Shown here one piece after another: positions 62,854 through 64,000 of a DNA stretch of 64,000 nt. The notes beneath the pieces were generated by a model. The model did no database searches. It was given only the letters and a program-made list of their open reading frames with translations, and had not been told where the DNA came from. Origin of the DNA: Longimicrobiales bacterium (GTDB lineage Bacteria; Gemmatimonadota; Gemmatimonadetes; Longimicrobiales; Gaopeijiaceae); NCBI GenBank assembly GCA_965219445.1, contig CBDCNQ010000004.1, forward strand, positions 704,001-768,000. Direction: 5' to 3'. Numbering within the stretch: position 1 is the stretch's first letter; every line of letters begins with the position of its first letter. The translations under genes were made by a program, and so were the position numbers.

Positions 62854-63064
62854 CGCGACAACTTACAGATTCGGTGTGCGATGTTTTGTGCAAGAACGAA
62901 CCGTCTCATGCCCGCTTCTCCCTCCACTCACCACCGCTGAGAACGACAGATAAGATAGTGTCGGTGTCGGCCTGCTGGTAGGCACGTTTGAGGCTCCCAG
63001 TGTCCTTCCAGCCACCGGCGGCGGCCACGTCCCACCAGCCCACCGCCGAGATCGGTGGGACGGG

Positions 63065-63097
63065 AAAAGCCCCGGTGAGCTAGCTGCTCACCGGGGC
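63065..63097 (-). terminator. Rho-independent terminator for 63158-63604
   Basis: Perfect 12-bp stem GCCCCGGTGAGC / GCTCACCGGGGC followed by TTTT on the minus strand. Confidence 0.75.
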
Positions 63098-63157
63098 CAC
63101 TGGAACGTCGCCAGATTCCTGGGCCGCCGCGCCTCGGACCAGGCGCGGGTCAGATGC

Positions 63158-63604
63158 CTAGCTTGAAACGATACGGGCCCCTGAGCGCGCCAGGGTTGCC
63201 TCCAGACGGAGCTCGATCACTTGATCCGATCGTATCGACAACCCCCGGGTCTTGATCCCGTCAGGCTCGAGCCAGGTTTGGCTGAGATGGTGTCTTGGCA
63301 GGACCGGATAGACCTTGATCTGAACCGTGTGGGTTCCCCAGACCAAGCCCGAGGGAATGTGCAGGTCCTTCGACTTGGAGGGGCCAACCATACCCAGCCA
63401 GTGACGGTGCTGGTCGGAATCGACCAGGTACACCCGCACCCAGCGGCGGTGGTTGTTCATGACGCGGACCGTCGGGTCTCCCTCAACGCTGGAGGCCACC
63501 CCCCGCGGGGCGACACGGTCGAATATATCGGCTTGCAGGGTCGTCGTCCCTGCCGTAGCTGCCAGCAGCGCCAACGCGAAAGCGACGCGTGAGATCATCT
63601 TCAT
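63158..63604 (-). CDS. Hypothetical secreted protein
   Basis: AGGAGG RBS; signal peptide ending TLQA; VRVMNN...VRVY...WLGMV beta-rich domain. Confidence 0.65.
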   Translation of the reverse strand: MKMISRVAFALALLAATAGTTTLQADIFDRVAPRGVASSVEGDPTVRVMNNHRRWVRVYLVDSDQHRHWLGMVGPSKSKDLHIPSGLVWGTHTVQIKVYPVLPRHHLSQTWLEPDGIKTRGLSIRSDQVIELRLEATLARSGARIVSS

Positions 63605-63875
63605 CATCATCCTCCTCATTCCTGTCCAGAGTAATTTGAGCATCAGGACGCCTCGTCCCGTAGTTGGCAGTGAGTGCGCCAAGGACTCGATTTCTTACAC
63701 TCCCCACCCCTGGATTCGCGTCGACTGTGACGGGTCGTATATTTGTGTTCTAACGGCCTCGCGACTCTGCTGCGACAGCCAGAAGTGGGTAACATCTACA
63801 GCAACACCCTCGGCAGCTCCGATGCGAAGATCCCCCACGCGATGATCACGTCCGACATGGCAAGGAGAAGGTGAC

Positions 63876-64000
63876 ATGGCAAGGAAGAGAAGCCTCGTTG
63901 TCGGACGGTGGGCATGCGTCATGCTAGCGGCCGTGGTGTTTGGTCCGGCGTTGCATGCACAAGTGACCGTGCCGCAGTACGAGGTCGACCTGTCCTGGCC
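63876..64000 (+). CDS. Secreted protein N-terminus, probably NHL-repeat (partial)
   Basis: AAGGAG upstream; signal peptide ending ALHA then QVTVPQYEVDLSWP; runs off the window. Confidence 0.55.
   Translation, partial: MARKRSLVVGRWACVMLAAVVFGPALHAQVTVPQYEVDLSW

Overview
GC-rich bacterial chromosomal segment. Gene repertoire suggests Gemmatimonadota (Longimicrobiales-like); this is inference, not a database result. Housekeeping and metabolic genes dominate: yggX, rocD, sufE, class II RNR nrdJ with tandem NrdR boxes, murQ-anmK, ggt, ppk1, ccdA, cls, fur, nrnA, a YyaL-like protein, a fused 2-oxoacid dehydrogenase E1, ndh and moeB. Four things stand out. (1) At 23-37.5 kb, ppk1 is translationally coupled to a stand-alone Pycsar-type (PycTM/DUF5706) membrane effector, followed by a kinase-like-domain/Omp85 barrel protein, a porin-like protein, a ceramidase-family lipoprotein and three class III nucleotide cyclases that all lack the adenine-specifying Lys. 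(2) A single-domain Clp ATPase with an LGF loop is fused to an intact receiver domain but split by a 1-bp frameshift. (3) A single ORF fuses DedA, CoaE and PHP domains. (4) A tRNA-Ile(GAU) hotspot at 56.5-62.9 kb carries two tandem, integrase-less mini-islands bounded by tRNA 3'-end duplications and arm-like repeats, next to a truncated IS3 element that cuts a HEAT-repeat gene. Two homopolymer frameshifts may be sequencing errors. No CRISPR array or rRNA was seen.
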